From: Fidelibacterota bacterium
GTDB taxonomy: Bacteria; Fidelibacterota; Marinisomatia; Marinisomatales; TCS55
Reading direction: 5' to 3'
Length of the DNA stretch: 31,248 nucleotides
Assembly: GCA_027251445.1 (NCBI GenBank)
Contig: JAPNQO010000089.1
Coordinates: 1-31,248 of the forward strand
A program made the translations under genes and the position numbers. How positions within the stretch are numbered: the first letter of the stretch is position 1; each line of letters begins with the position of its first letter. The notes beneath the pieces are model-generated. The model was not told the DNA's origin. It made no database searches and saw only the letters and a program-made list of their open reading frames with translations. This document shows, one piece after another, positions 8,505 to 16,667 of the stretch.

Positions 8505-9786
8505 GTTATTTATAATAGTGCTCATAAAACGTTCATTATTTTTTATGATTTGCCCTTTATTAATGGGTCAATTATCTATTAATGGCACTATTAGACCATC
8601 GATCATGTATAATATTTCAGATCAAGAACAAATGTATCTTCCATTTAGGATTGCACAGTTACGAATGGGTAATACTATAGGATCTTTTGATTTTTTAGTT
8701 AATTCTGCATTAGAACATAGATGGGGAGGAAAGCAAGATCCAACCTTTCAAGTAAGAGAGGCATATTTAACCTGGTTTCCTTCTTGGGGAGAGGTCAAGC
8801 TTGGTAAGCAGATTCATGCCTGGGGTGTTGCTGATGGAAATAATCCTACAGATAATTTAAATCCCTATGATTATTATTATATGTTTTTTCAAGGAGCAGA
8901 TAGAAAAATAGGTTCTTTATCTGCAGCTGTAATTACTTATTGGGAAAATTGGCAGTTAGAAGGTGTAATTATTCCAAATCATATTTCGAATAGGTTGCCA
9001 TTTAATGAACCGGAATTCCCATTCCAAATTCCTATAGAACCAGACAAGTATGAAAAAAGAGATAATTCATTCGAATATGGATTTCAACTTAAGACTATAG
9101 TTGGAGAAACAGATATAGGGTTGTCATATTTTGATGGATATGATCGTTCATTTAGCCTTCTAGGTCTTGGTGTTGATACATTAAATATTATACAAGTAAG
9201 TCCAAAATTTGGTTATCGATCTACCTCTGTAATTGGATTGAATATTGTGACTTTTATTAAAGATTTTACGATTCGTGCGGAGTCAGCATACTTTAACACC
9301 CTGAATGATTATAAAGCTAATTGGTATAATTATTTAGATGCCAAAGCAGATTACTTGCAATATGTATTACAGATTGAATATAGGATGGAAAGTTCAAAGA
9401 GTATAGGTGTACAGATAATTGGCAATAACGTATTTAAAGCAACAGGAAATACAGTAGATTTATCAACGTTGAGTATGGCCACATTAACTACTGAGAATTT
9501 TGTCCCTGGAATGGGAACTCCATTTGCAATGATTTCCAATAAATCCTTATTAATAATTGGCAGTAATAGATTTTTTGATGATGACCTTGAACTGAATTTT
9601 AATCTGTTAGTTAATTTAGAAGACACAGGACAATTACTAGGATTAAATCTTGAATATTTATTGAATGATAATTGGTTTATTGATGTTTCAATAAGTTATT
9701 TTATTGGAAATGGTGATCCAATAAATCGTTTTGAACAGTTTGAAGATTTTTCAAATACACAATTTCAGTTATCCTATAGTTTCTAA
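8497..9786 (+). CDS. Outer-membrane beta-barrel protein (DUF1302-like partner of LolA-like/MMPL modules)
   Basis: Signal peptide, VREAYL..VKLGKQIHAWGVADGNNPTDNLNP segment, and C-terminal FQLSYSF. GTG start overlaps the upstream gene. Confidence 0.7.
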   Translation: MIRLFIIVLIKRSLFFMICPLLMGQLSINGTIRPSIMYNISDQEQMYLPFRIAQLRMGNTIGSFDFLVNSALEHRWGGKQDPTFQVREAYLTWFPSWGEVKLGKQIHAWGVADGNNPTDNLNPYDYYYMFFQGADRKIGSLSAAVITYWENWQLEGVIIPNHISNRLPFNEPEFPFQIPIEPDKYEKRDNSFEYGFQLKTIVGETDIGLSYFDGYDRSFSLLGLGVDTLNIIQVSPKFGYRSTSVIGLNIVTFIKDFTIRAESAYFNTLNDYKANWYNYLDAKADYLQYVLQIEYRMESSKSIGVQIIGNNVFKATGNTVDLSTLSMATLTTENFVPGMGTPFAMISNKSLLIIGSNRFFDDDLELNFNLLVNLEDTGQLLGLNLEYLLNDNWFIDVSISYFIGNGDPINRFEQFEDFSNTQFQLSYSF

Positions 9787-9828
9787 TTTTTTTTCACCAT
9801 ATTTCCAATTAAATAGTTAAAATGAGTT

Positions 9829-10518
9829 ATGAAGAAAGCAATTGTTCTACTAAGTGGAGGCCTTGATTCATCAACTGTTCTAGCAATCGCTATTAACCAA
9901 GGTTTCGAGGTTATAGCCTTATCATTTATTTATGGCCAGCGCCACAATTACGAAATAGAATGTGCAAAAGAAATTGCTAATTCATACAATTTAAATAAGC
10001 ATCAAATTGCAAATATTGATTTAGGATCCATCGGAGGATCTGCTTTGACAGATGATATTGATGTACCTAAAAATCGTGAAGAAGATGAAATGAATTCAGA
10101 AATTCCTATTACCTATGTACCTGCTAGAAACACCATATTCTTATCATATGCATTAGCATTAGCAGAGGTGGAAGATACTTTTCATATTTTTATTGGTGTT
10201 AATGCGCTTGATTACAGTGGATATCCGGACTGTAGGCCTGAATATATTGATGCTTTTCAAAAAATGGGAAGATTAGCTACGAAATCTGGAGTAGAAGAGT
10301 CTGAGAAATTACATATACATACACCATTAATTGATCTAAAGAAATCACAAATAATTACACAAGGGATTGAATTAGGGGTTGATTATTCATTAACTCATAG
10401 TTGTTACGATCCTTTAGATAAAGGTAAACCTTGTGGAAGATGCGATGCTTGCTTATTGCGTATTAAAGGATTTGCCGAAGCAGGTACAACTGATCCATTG
10501 AATTATCCAAATAGTTAA
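9829..10518 (+). CDS. queC: 7-cyano-7-deazaguanine synthase
   Basis: SGGLDS PP-loop, YGQRH, TYVPARN, GYPDCR and a C-terminal SCY..CGRCDAC zinc motif. Confidence 0.96.
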   Translation: MKKAIVLLSGGLDSSTVLAIAINQGFEVIALSFIYGQRHNYEIECAKEIANSYNLNKHQIANIDLGSIGGSALTDDIDVPKNREEDEMNSEIPITYVPARNTIFLSYALALAEVEDTFHIFIGVNALDYSGYPDCRPEYIDAFQKMGRLATKSGVEESEKLHIHTPLIDLKKSQIITQGIELGVDYSLTHSCYDPLDKGKPCGRCDACLLRIKGFAEAGTTDPLNYPNS

Positions 10519-10520
10519 AA

Positions 10521-11150
10521 ATGTCCTATAAAATAAAAGAAACTTATTTAACGATTCAAGGTGAAGGTGCACATATGGGAAGGGTGGCTATTTTTTGTCG
10601 TTTTTCAGGATGTAATTTGTGGAGCGGGCATGAAAAAGACCGTGAAAAAGCAACGTGTAAATTTTGTGACACTGACTTTGTTGGGACAGATGGCTCAGGA
10701 GGAGGTACATTTGAAACTCAAACAGAACTATCGCAACATATTTTATCCTTTTGGAATTCCTCTGATAATCCCTTTATTGTATTTACGGGAGGAGAACCTT
10801 TATTACAATTAGATGAAAAGTTAATTCATCATCTTAAAAGCAATGATGTAGAAATTGCTATTGAAACTAATGGTACAATTGTTCCTCCTAATGGTATTGA
10901 TTGGATTTGTGTAAGTCCAAAAAAGGGTGCAAAATTATTAATTAATAAAGGGAATGAATTAAAAATTGTATATCCTCAAGAAGATTTAGACCCCAGCAGT
11001 TTTTTAGACTTAGATTTTGACGTATTTTCATTACAGCCTATGGATGATTCAAACTATAAAAGAAACCTCAATAAAACATTGCAATACTGTAATGCAAATC
11101 CAACTTGGAGATTAAGCCTTCAAATGCATAAATATTTACAAATTCCTTGA
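10521..11150 (+). CDS. queE: 7-carboxy-7-deazaguanine synthase (radical SAM, Cx14Cx2C type)
   Basis: TIQGEG, RFSGCNLWSG-x-CKFCDT, TGGEP, IETNG, VSPK and LSLQMHK motifs. Confidence 0.95.
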   Translation: MSYKIKETYLTIQGEGAHMGRVAIFCRFSGCNLWSGHEKDREKATCKFCDTDFVGTDGSGGGTFETQTELSQHILSFWNSSDNPFIVFTGGEPLLQLDEKLIHHLKSNDVEIAIETNGTIVPPNGIDWICVSPKKGAKLLINKGNELKIVYPQEDLDPSSFLDLDFDVFSLQPMDDSNYKRNLNKTLQYCNANPTWRLSLQMHKYLQIP

Positions 11151-11156
11151 TTTAAA

Positions 11157-11513
11157 ATGGATATTTATAAAAAGTTTTCATTTGACTCAGCACATTTTTT
11201 ACCCAATCTCCCAGATGATCACAAATGTAAACGTATGCATGGGCATACTTTTAATGTAAAAATTTATATATCTGGCCCCATTGATAAAAAAATTGGATGG
11301 ATAATGGATTTCGGTGATGTAAAAAATGTTTGTGATCCTATTATTAAGCAGCTTGATCATATTGTATTGAATGATGTTCCTGGCCTTGAAAACCCTACAA
11401 GTGAAAATTTAGCTGTATGGATATGGAAAAAAGTTCAACCTAAACTACCGCAATTAAAAAAAATTATTGTAAGTGAGACTTGCACCACAGGTTGCATTTA
11501 TGATGGTACTTAA
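11157..11513 (+). CDS. queD: 6-carboxy-5,6,7,8-tetrahydropterin synthase
   Basis: FDSAH, KCKRMHGH, MDFGD, LDH, NPTSEN and SET motifs. Confidence 0.96.
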   Translation: MDIYKKFSFDSAHFLPNLPDDHKCKRMHGHTFNVKIYISGPIDKKIGWIMDFGDVKNVCDPIIKQLDHIVLNDVPGLENPTSENLAVWIWKKVQPKLPQLKKIIVSETCTTGCIYDGT

Positions 11514-11523
11514 AATTATATTA

Positions 11524-11559
11524 CTTATTTATAATTTATTTACATTCAAAGAATAGATT
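11524..11559 (+). promoter_or_regulatory. Pho-box-like repeat plus -10 upstream of phoB (autoregulation)
   Basis: CTTATTTATAATTTATTTACA matches 18 of 21 positions of the porin site TTTGTTTACAATTTATTTACA. TAGATT (11554-11559) lies 6 nt before the ATG. Confidence 0.65.
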
Positions 11560-11565
11560 ATATAT

Positions 11566-12240
11566 ATGAAAAATATACTAATTGTAGATGATGAACCAGA
11601 TATTCGAGAAATTCTACGATATAATCTTGAAAAAGCTGGTTTTAACATTACTGAAGCAGTAAACGGTGATGATGCATTAGATAAAGTATCGAAAGACCTT
11701 GACCTAGCCATTCTTGATATTATGATGCCTGGTAGAGACGGGTATGAAGTATGCAGAAAAATTCGTGAGCAAGGAAATACTGTGCCAATTGTTTTTCTTA
11801 CAGCAATGGATCGTGAGTTTGATGAAGTAAGAGGATTAGAAGTTGGTGGTGATGATTATGTCAGAAAGCCTTTTAGCCCGCGGATGTTAATAGCAAGAAT
11901 TAATGCTATTTTAAGAAGGGTTGATCAAATTAGCTCAAAAGGAACAAGCATCAGTTTTGGTGATCTTGAAATAAATACTTTAACCTATATTGCAAAATTA
12001 GAGGGTAATGAATTACATCTACCTCGTAAAGAATTTGAATTATTAGCTTTTTTTATGAATCAACCCAATATCATCTTTAGCCGAGAAGAATTACTTTCTA
12101 GAATATGGGAAGAAGATGTTTTTGTTGTTGATCGTACCATTGACGTGCATATTAACCGAATTAGATCCAAATTAGGTATATACAAAAACTGGATTGAAAC
12201 GGTAAAAGGCGTTGGCTACCGCTTCCGTCCAAAACAATAA
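11566..12240 (+). CDS. phoB: OmpR/PhoB-family response regulator, probable phosphate regulon activator
   Basis: Receiver domain (VDDE, LDIMMP, LTA, DDYVRKPF) plus winged helix (EFELL, DRTIDVHINRIR, IETVKGVGY). Located among phosphate genes. Confidence 0.82.
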   Translation: MKNILIVDDEPDIREILRYNLEKAGFNITEAVNGDDALDKVSKDLDLAILDIMMPGRDGYEVCRKIREQGNTVPIVFLTAMDREFDEVRGLEVGGDDYVRKPFSPRMLIARINAILRRVDQISSKGTSISFGDLEINTLTYIAKLEGNELHLPRKEFELLAFFMNQPNIIFSREELLSRIWEEDVFVVDRTIDVHINRIRSKLGIYKNWIETVKGVGYRFRPKQ

Positions 12241-12258
12241 AACATACTTCATAATTAT

Positions 12259-13689
12259 ATGAGACGTATTCAGTATAGATTACTGGCTATAATTATTTTT
12301 ATTGGAATAATAGGCATGATTGCGCCTATTACTTATACTAATACTCTAGCTTTAAACCAGGCCAAAGATACTATAATCGATAAGCTTAGATCTCATTCTA
12401 AGACTTTTATGGTGTATGTTAGTAACAGTGAAAAAGATACGTTTCAGAAGATGGCCGAAGAATATTCTATTGCCTCGAAATTAAGAGTAACACTAATTAC
12501 TGCAAATGGGACAGTTATTGGTGAATCATCAATGCCAATTGATCAATTATCTCAAATGGATAATCATATTTCAAGACCAGAAATAATTAAAGCTAAGGAT
12601 AGCAATGAGGGTTTTTCTACTAGATATAGCAATACATTAAATACTGATTTCGTTTACTTTGCTAGTCAGGTTAATCAAAATCAATATGGTTTTAAATATG
12701 TTCGATTAGCACAATCATTAAAGTCAGTAGAAAATTTGGCTAGCAAGTATCGAGAATTTTATTACCTCATTATAGTTATTATTCTTTTTGTAATAATTGT
12801 TGCATGGTATCTATTAAAAAATTGGTTAACAGATCCAATTTTGGAACTGACAAATGCAGCTAAAGATATTAGCCAAGGAGATCTAAAAAGGAGAGTTGCA
12901 ATCAATACTGGAGTTATTGAAATAGATGAATTAGCCGATAATATGAATAAAATGACTATTGCACTTGAAAGAGGTTATACAGGGATTAAACGTATGGAAA
13001 AAGTACGATCAGAATTTCTTGGAAATGTTACTCATGAATTAAAAACACCAATATCCTCTATATCAGGTTACATAGAAACACTATTAGAAGGCGCAATAAA
13101 TGATGAAAGTGTTAATGTAGGGTTTCTTGAAAGATCCTTAGAAAATACACATCGTTTAGAAGAATTGGTTACTGATTTAGTAGAAATATCAAGAATAGAA
13201 ACTGGCGAATTAAAAATGAATTTTGAATATTTTAATATTTTTGATATACTAAAAAATCTCACTAAAGATGCAAAGCAGAGAAATTCGAATAAAAAAATAA
13301 AGATTGATCTTGATACTCCAGATAAAAGATTATTTATTTATGGAGATAAAAATCGTTTAGATCAAGTAATAGCTAATTTATTATCTAATGCTTTACGCTA
13401 TACAGATGAAGGTTATATAAAAGTCAAACTTTCTCGTAGAGATAATGAAATTGTTTTTTCAATTATTGATACAGGTATAGGAATAACACCAAAAGCGTTA
13501 AAAAGAATCTTTGAAAGATTTTACAGAACTGATAAAGCTAGAGATAGACAAAAAGGGGGGACGGGTCTTGGATTATCAATAGCTAAACATATTATTGAAG
13601 CTCATGGATCTAAAATCTATGTAGATACTGTTGAAGGTAAGGGATCCACCTTTTCTTTTGGAGTTACCACGATTAACCCTGAACAATAG
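12259..13689 (+). CDS. phoR: Phosphate regulon sensor histidine kinase
   Basis: TM - periplasmic domain (MDNH..RPEI, RYSNTL) - TM - HAMP, H-box VTHELKTP..GYIETL, NLLSNA, DTGIGI, RIFERFYRTDKAR and GGTGLGLSI. Confidence 0.85.
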   Translation: MRRIQYRLLAIIIFIGIIGMIAPITYTNTLALNQAKDTIIDKLRSHSKTFMVYVSNSEKDTFQKMAEEYSIASKLRVTLITANGTVIGESSMPIDQLSQMDNHISRPEIIKAKDSNEGFSTRYSNTLNTDFVYFASQVNQNQYGFKYVRLAQSLKSVENLASKYREFYYLIIVIILFVIIVAWYLLKNWLTDPILELTNAAKDISQGDLKRRVAINTGVIEIDELADNMNKMTIALERGYTGIKRMEKVRSEFLGNVTHELKTPISSISGYIETLLEGAINDESVNVGFLERSLENTHRLEELVTDLVEISRIETGELKMNFEYFNIFDILKNLTKDAKQRNSNKKIKIDLDTPDKRLFIYGDKNRLDQVIANLLSNALRYTDEGYIKVKLSRRDNEIVFSIIDTGIGITPKALKRIFERFYRTDKARDRQKGGTGLGLSIAKHIIEAHGSKIYVDTVEGKGSTFSFGVTTINPEQ

Positions 13690-13696
13690 TTATAAA

Positions 13697-14386
13697 TTAT
13701 TCAGAAATTCCTTTTGATTGATAACCAATGGAATCAATTGGATTAATTACAGTAGTTGTAATATTTTTTAAATGACTCCCAATACGTTTTAAATAACGTG
13801 CATATAATGCTATAGCAGCAGCTTCTGATCCTGTATCTAAATTTAATTCTCCAGAAATTATATTATTTACAATTCGATCAGATGCAGTTGTAACCTGTTT
13901 TTTAAAGCCTTTTAATAATTTATTAGCAAGTTCAATATCCTCGGTTTTTATTGCATCAATCGTTTTATCAAAACGAGATTTTACTACTTGTTCAATTTCA
14001 TGTAATTCGGGATGTAGATGTTTCGTATTTAATTTTTCAGGATAATAAATAGCTAGATCTAGAATATTTTTTGAATAATCACCAATTCTTTCAATGTCAA
14101 TTACCATATTCATTAGAACCATTATACTAGAAATGTCATTTATATCATTTTGTAAAGAAAAATGTGTTACAATTTTTCTCCTTACTTCTCTTTGATACTT
14201 ATTTATTTCTTTATCTCTATTTTTCAGTTCTTTTAGAACAGATAAATTTTCCTGTTTTTTAGATTTTTTAACTGCTTTAACAAACATATTATGAGACAAG
14301 TCAAGCATTTCTAAAGATTCTTCCCATGCTTGAGAGAGAAGGTTTTCTTTGCGCCAAATTGTAATAAGATCTGTAAATATTGACAT
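13697..14386 (-). CDS. phoU: PhoU-domain protein
   Basis: Helical two-repeat protein with D..IN...RE and DIERIGDY motifs. The second repeat reads YLKRIGSH. Starts 3 nt after the Na/Pi cotransporter stop. Confidence 0.8.
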   Translation of the reverse strand: MSIFTDLITIWRKENLLSQAWEESLEMLDLSHNMFVKAVKKSKKQENLSVLKELKNRDKEINKYQREVRRKIVTHFSLQNDINDISSIMVLMNMVIDIERIGDYSKNILDLAIYYPEKLNTKHLHPELHEIEQVVKSRFDKTIDAIKTEDIELANKLLKGFKKQVTTASDRIVNNIISGELNLDTGSEAAAIALYARYLKRIGSHLKNITTTVINPIDSIGYQSKGISE

Positions 14387-14389
14387 GAT

Positions 14390-15487
14390 TTATCCTCCTA
14401 AGAAAATAATAGTTAGCGGAATACCAAAGAAAACAATAATTAAATAAACTATAGGCAGTAATTTATTTTTTAAAGCTATGTCTGCCATTCTTTCTGCTAA
14501 TCTTATAGGTATTTCACGAAGAAATGGGTTTAAATAAATTATAATAATTCCAAATATGTTAAAGAAAAGATGGCTGAAAGCAGCAACCATTGCTGTGACA
14601 TTTAGAGTTAAGGATGCTAATAATGCTGTTACTGTAGTTCCTAAGTTTGCACCTAAAGTAAATGGATAAATTTGTCTTAATGTTAATACTCCTGCACCAG
14701 CTAATGGCACAATAGTTGAAGTGGAGACCGAAGAGCTTTGTACAAAAATAGTTAATAAAATACCAAATACCATAGCTCTCATAGTAGTCGTAAAAATATA
14801 TTTGTCAAAAAACTGCTCTACTCGACTAAGTACCATGCTACGAAGTAGTTTTACTATTAGTGCAAGCATACTAAATGTTAGTATAATACTAAATAGAATT
14901 AATAGACTGGTATTATCAAAACTCAAAGACTCTATTTGTTTTGCTCCCCATTTAATTGCAGTTTTAATAGGACTGTCAAAAACTTCATCCGCACTAATTT
15001 TTCCAAAAAGTAAATTTCCTAGACCTGTTGCTGACTTTTCCAAAATGCCAAATGTTACTTCAATTGGAAATATTATTAAGACTGCAAGTACATTAAAAAA
15101 ATCATGAATGGTTGATGCTGCAAATGCACGTCGAAATTCATTTTCACGATTCACATGCCCTAAAGAAACGATGGTATTTGTTACTGTAGTTCCAATATTT
15201 GCTCCCATGATCATAGGAATTGCACCAGATAAAGAAAGGCCTCCGCCACTTACCATTCCAACAATAAGTGAAGTTGTTGTAGATGAACTTTGAAACAACG
15301 CAGTTGCAAGTATTCCAATAAATAATGCTACAAAAGGGTTGCTAGTAGTATGAATTACTGTTTTAGCAAATTCCCCACCAAGATTTTTTATTCCCAATGA
15401 TAATCCATTGATACCAACTAGGAAGAAATATAAAGCGAACAGAACGCCTATTATCTTTAGAATGGTTTTATTTTCTTTTTCTATCAA
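14390..15487 (-). CDS. nptA: Na+/phosphate cotransporter (SLC34/NptA family)
   Basis: Two QSSS repeats (FQSSSTTTS, VQSSSVSTS) followed by GANIGTT / GANLGTT, plus HDFFN and HLFFN. TTG start. Confidence 0.92.
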   Translation of the reverse strand: MIEKENKTILKIIGVLFALYFFLVGINGLSLGIKNLGGEFAKTVIHTTSNPFVALFIGILATALFQSSSTTTSLIVGMVSGGGLSLSGAIPMIMGANIGTTVTNTIVSLGHVNRENEFRRAFAASTIHDFFNVLAVLIIFPIEVTFGILEKSATGLGNLLFGKISADEVFDSPIKTAIKWGAKQIESLSFDNTSLLILFSIILTFSMLALIVKLLRSMVLSRVEQFFDKYIFTTTMRAMVFGILLTIFVQSSSVSTSTIVPLAGAGVLTLRQIYPFTLGANLGTTVTALLASLTLNVTAMVAAFSHLFFNIFGIIIIYLNPFLREIPIRLAERMADIALKNKLLPIVYLIIVFFGIPLTIIFLGG

Positions 15488-15513
15488 ATTTTTGTCAAAA
15501 ATGATTTTTAGAC

Positions 15514-15560
15514 ATTATCATTTGAGATTGTTTAATGTAAATAAACAAATTGTAAACAAG
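15514..15560 (-). promoter_or_regulatory. Pho-box-like array plus -10 upstream of nptA-phoU
   Basis: - strand TTGTTTACAATTTGTTTATTTACATTAAACA followed by GATAAT (15519-15514). Matches the site upstream of the ppk2 unit at 26 of 31 positions. Confidence 0.75.
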
Positions 15561-15583
15561 TACTTGATTATATTTTCTAAAAT

Positions 15584-16429
15584 CTATTCATGTGCCTTTA
15601 TTTTAAAAAGAAACTCGTATTGCTCTTTTGTAAGATTTTCAAACTTTACACCTTTAATTGTGATTTTGTATTCTTCGAGTTCTTTAAAATAACGTTTAGC
15701 TTTCACTTTTTTCTTATCTGTATAATCAACTCTTTTTAATACATAACGCATTGTATTTAATCTGGCAATCATTTTGTTATCACTATTGATTAATATCCAC
15801 GGTGCATGTTTAGTTGATGTTTGTTCGAACATTTGTTCTTTATAGCGAGTGTATAGGTGCCATTGTTCCAATGCTTTGAGATCATTTTTTGTAACTTTCC
15901 AATATTTTAATTCACTGCTTTGCCTTAAAAAAAATCTATATTTTTGAGTTTCTTGAGAAACTGATAAATAAAATTTGAATAAAATCAATCCTTCATCAAT
16001 TAATTGTTTTTCCCAAGCATTGACATTTTTTATAAAATAGTAATACTGGCTTTTTGAACAGTAGCCCATTGTAGGTTGTATCACAGCACGTGAATACCAG
16101 GATCGATCAAAGAATACTATTTCTCCTTCATTGGGGAGTTGCTTTTTATAGGTATGAAACCAGTTTCTATGTTCTTTTTTTGTTGGTACACCTAATTCAA
16201 CAACTCTAGTATTTCTAGGTATCATATGCTGGATGAATCTTTTAATAGTTGATCCTTTGCCCGCAGCATCACGACCTTCCAGTACAATGGCAATTTTCTT
16301 TTTTTCTTTAATCATCCACTCTTGCATTTTTAGTAATTCTACCTGCAGTCTATATTTCTCTTTATTGTAAAGAGTGGATGGAATATTCTGGTATTCCGTA
16401 TGATTGTATACTATTAATGGTTCTTTCAT
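15584..16429 (-). CDS. ppk2: Polyphosphate kinase 2
   Basis: LQVELLKMQ, Walker A EGRDAAGKG, FDRSWYSR, KFYLSVS and APW motifs of single-domain PPK2. Confidence 0.93.
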   Translation of the reverse strand: MKEPLIVYNHTEYQNIPSTLYNKEKYRLQVELLKMQEWMIKEKKKIAIVLEGRDAAGKGSTIKRFIQHMIPRNTRVVELGVPTKKEHRNWFHTYKKQLPNEGEIVFFDRSWYSRAVIQPTMGYCSKSQYYYFIKNVNAWEKQLIDEGLILFKFYLSVSQETQKYRFFLRQSSELKYWKVTKNDLKALEQWHLYTRYKEQMFEQTSTKHAPWILINSDNKMIARLNTMRYVLKRVDYTDKKKVKAKRYFKELEEYKITIKGVKFENLTKEQYEFLFKIKAHE

Positions 16430-16608
16430 TATTTACTCATTCTGTTAGGTATCAAGAAAAATAGAATAATTCCTAATATTAATGCAAATAGACCTTTATA
16501 AAAACCTAAATCATTAGATAAAAATTGTGATTCTTGCAACCAGGATAGAATTGCAAACATGATCCCAAATGATGAAAGTAACAACCAAGACGTTTTTAAT
16601 CTTTCCAT
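16429..16608 (-). CDS. Unannotated 59-aa two-helix membrane protein coupled to ppk2
   Basis: My translation: MERLKTSWLLLSSFGIMFAILSWLQESQFLSNDLGFYKGLFALILGIILFFLIPNRMSK*. It fills the phoX-ppk2 gap and its stop overlaps the ppk2 start (TAATG). It is absent from the supplied ORF track. Confidence 0.8.
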   Translation of the reverse strand: MERLKTSWLLLSSFGIMFAILSWLQESQFLSNDLGFYKGLFALILGIILFFLIPNRMSK

Positions 16609-16616
16609 ATATCTAA

Positions 16617-16663
16617 ACTATATGGAAATACTATTTAGTGTTAATTAATAAATTGTAAACAAA
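16617..16663 (-). promoter_or_regulatory. Pho-box-like array plus -10 upstream of the small ORF-ppk2 unit
   Basis: 16647-16663 is identical (17/17) to 4971-4987 (AATAAATTGTAAACAAA). TATAGT at 16622-16617. Confidence 0.75.
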
Positions 16664-16667
16664 GTTA

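Noticed and set aside
9829..11513. queCED as part of a 7-deazaguanine DNA-modification or defence island
   Set aside because: No dpdA/tgt-like, helicase or nuclease genes nearby. Ordinary queuosine precursor synthesis is the simpler reading.
4971..16663. 17-bp exact repeat as att sites or target-site duplication of a mobile element
   Set aside because: No integrase or transposase is present, and related copies sit upstream of four phosphate-related units, which fits a regulator binding site.
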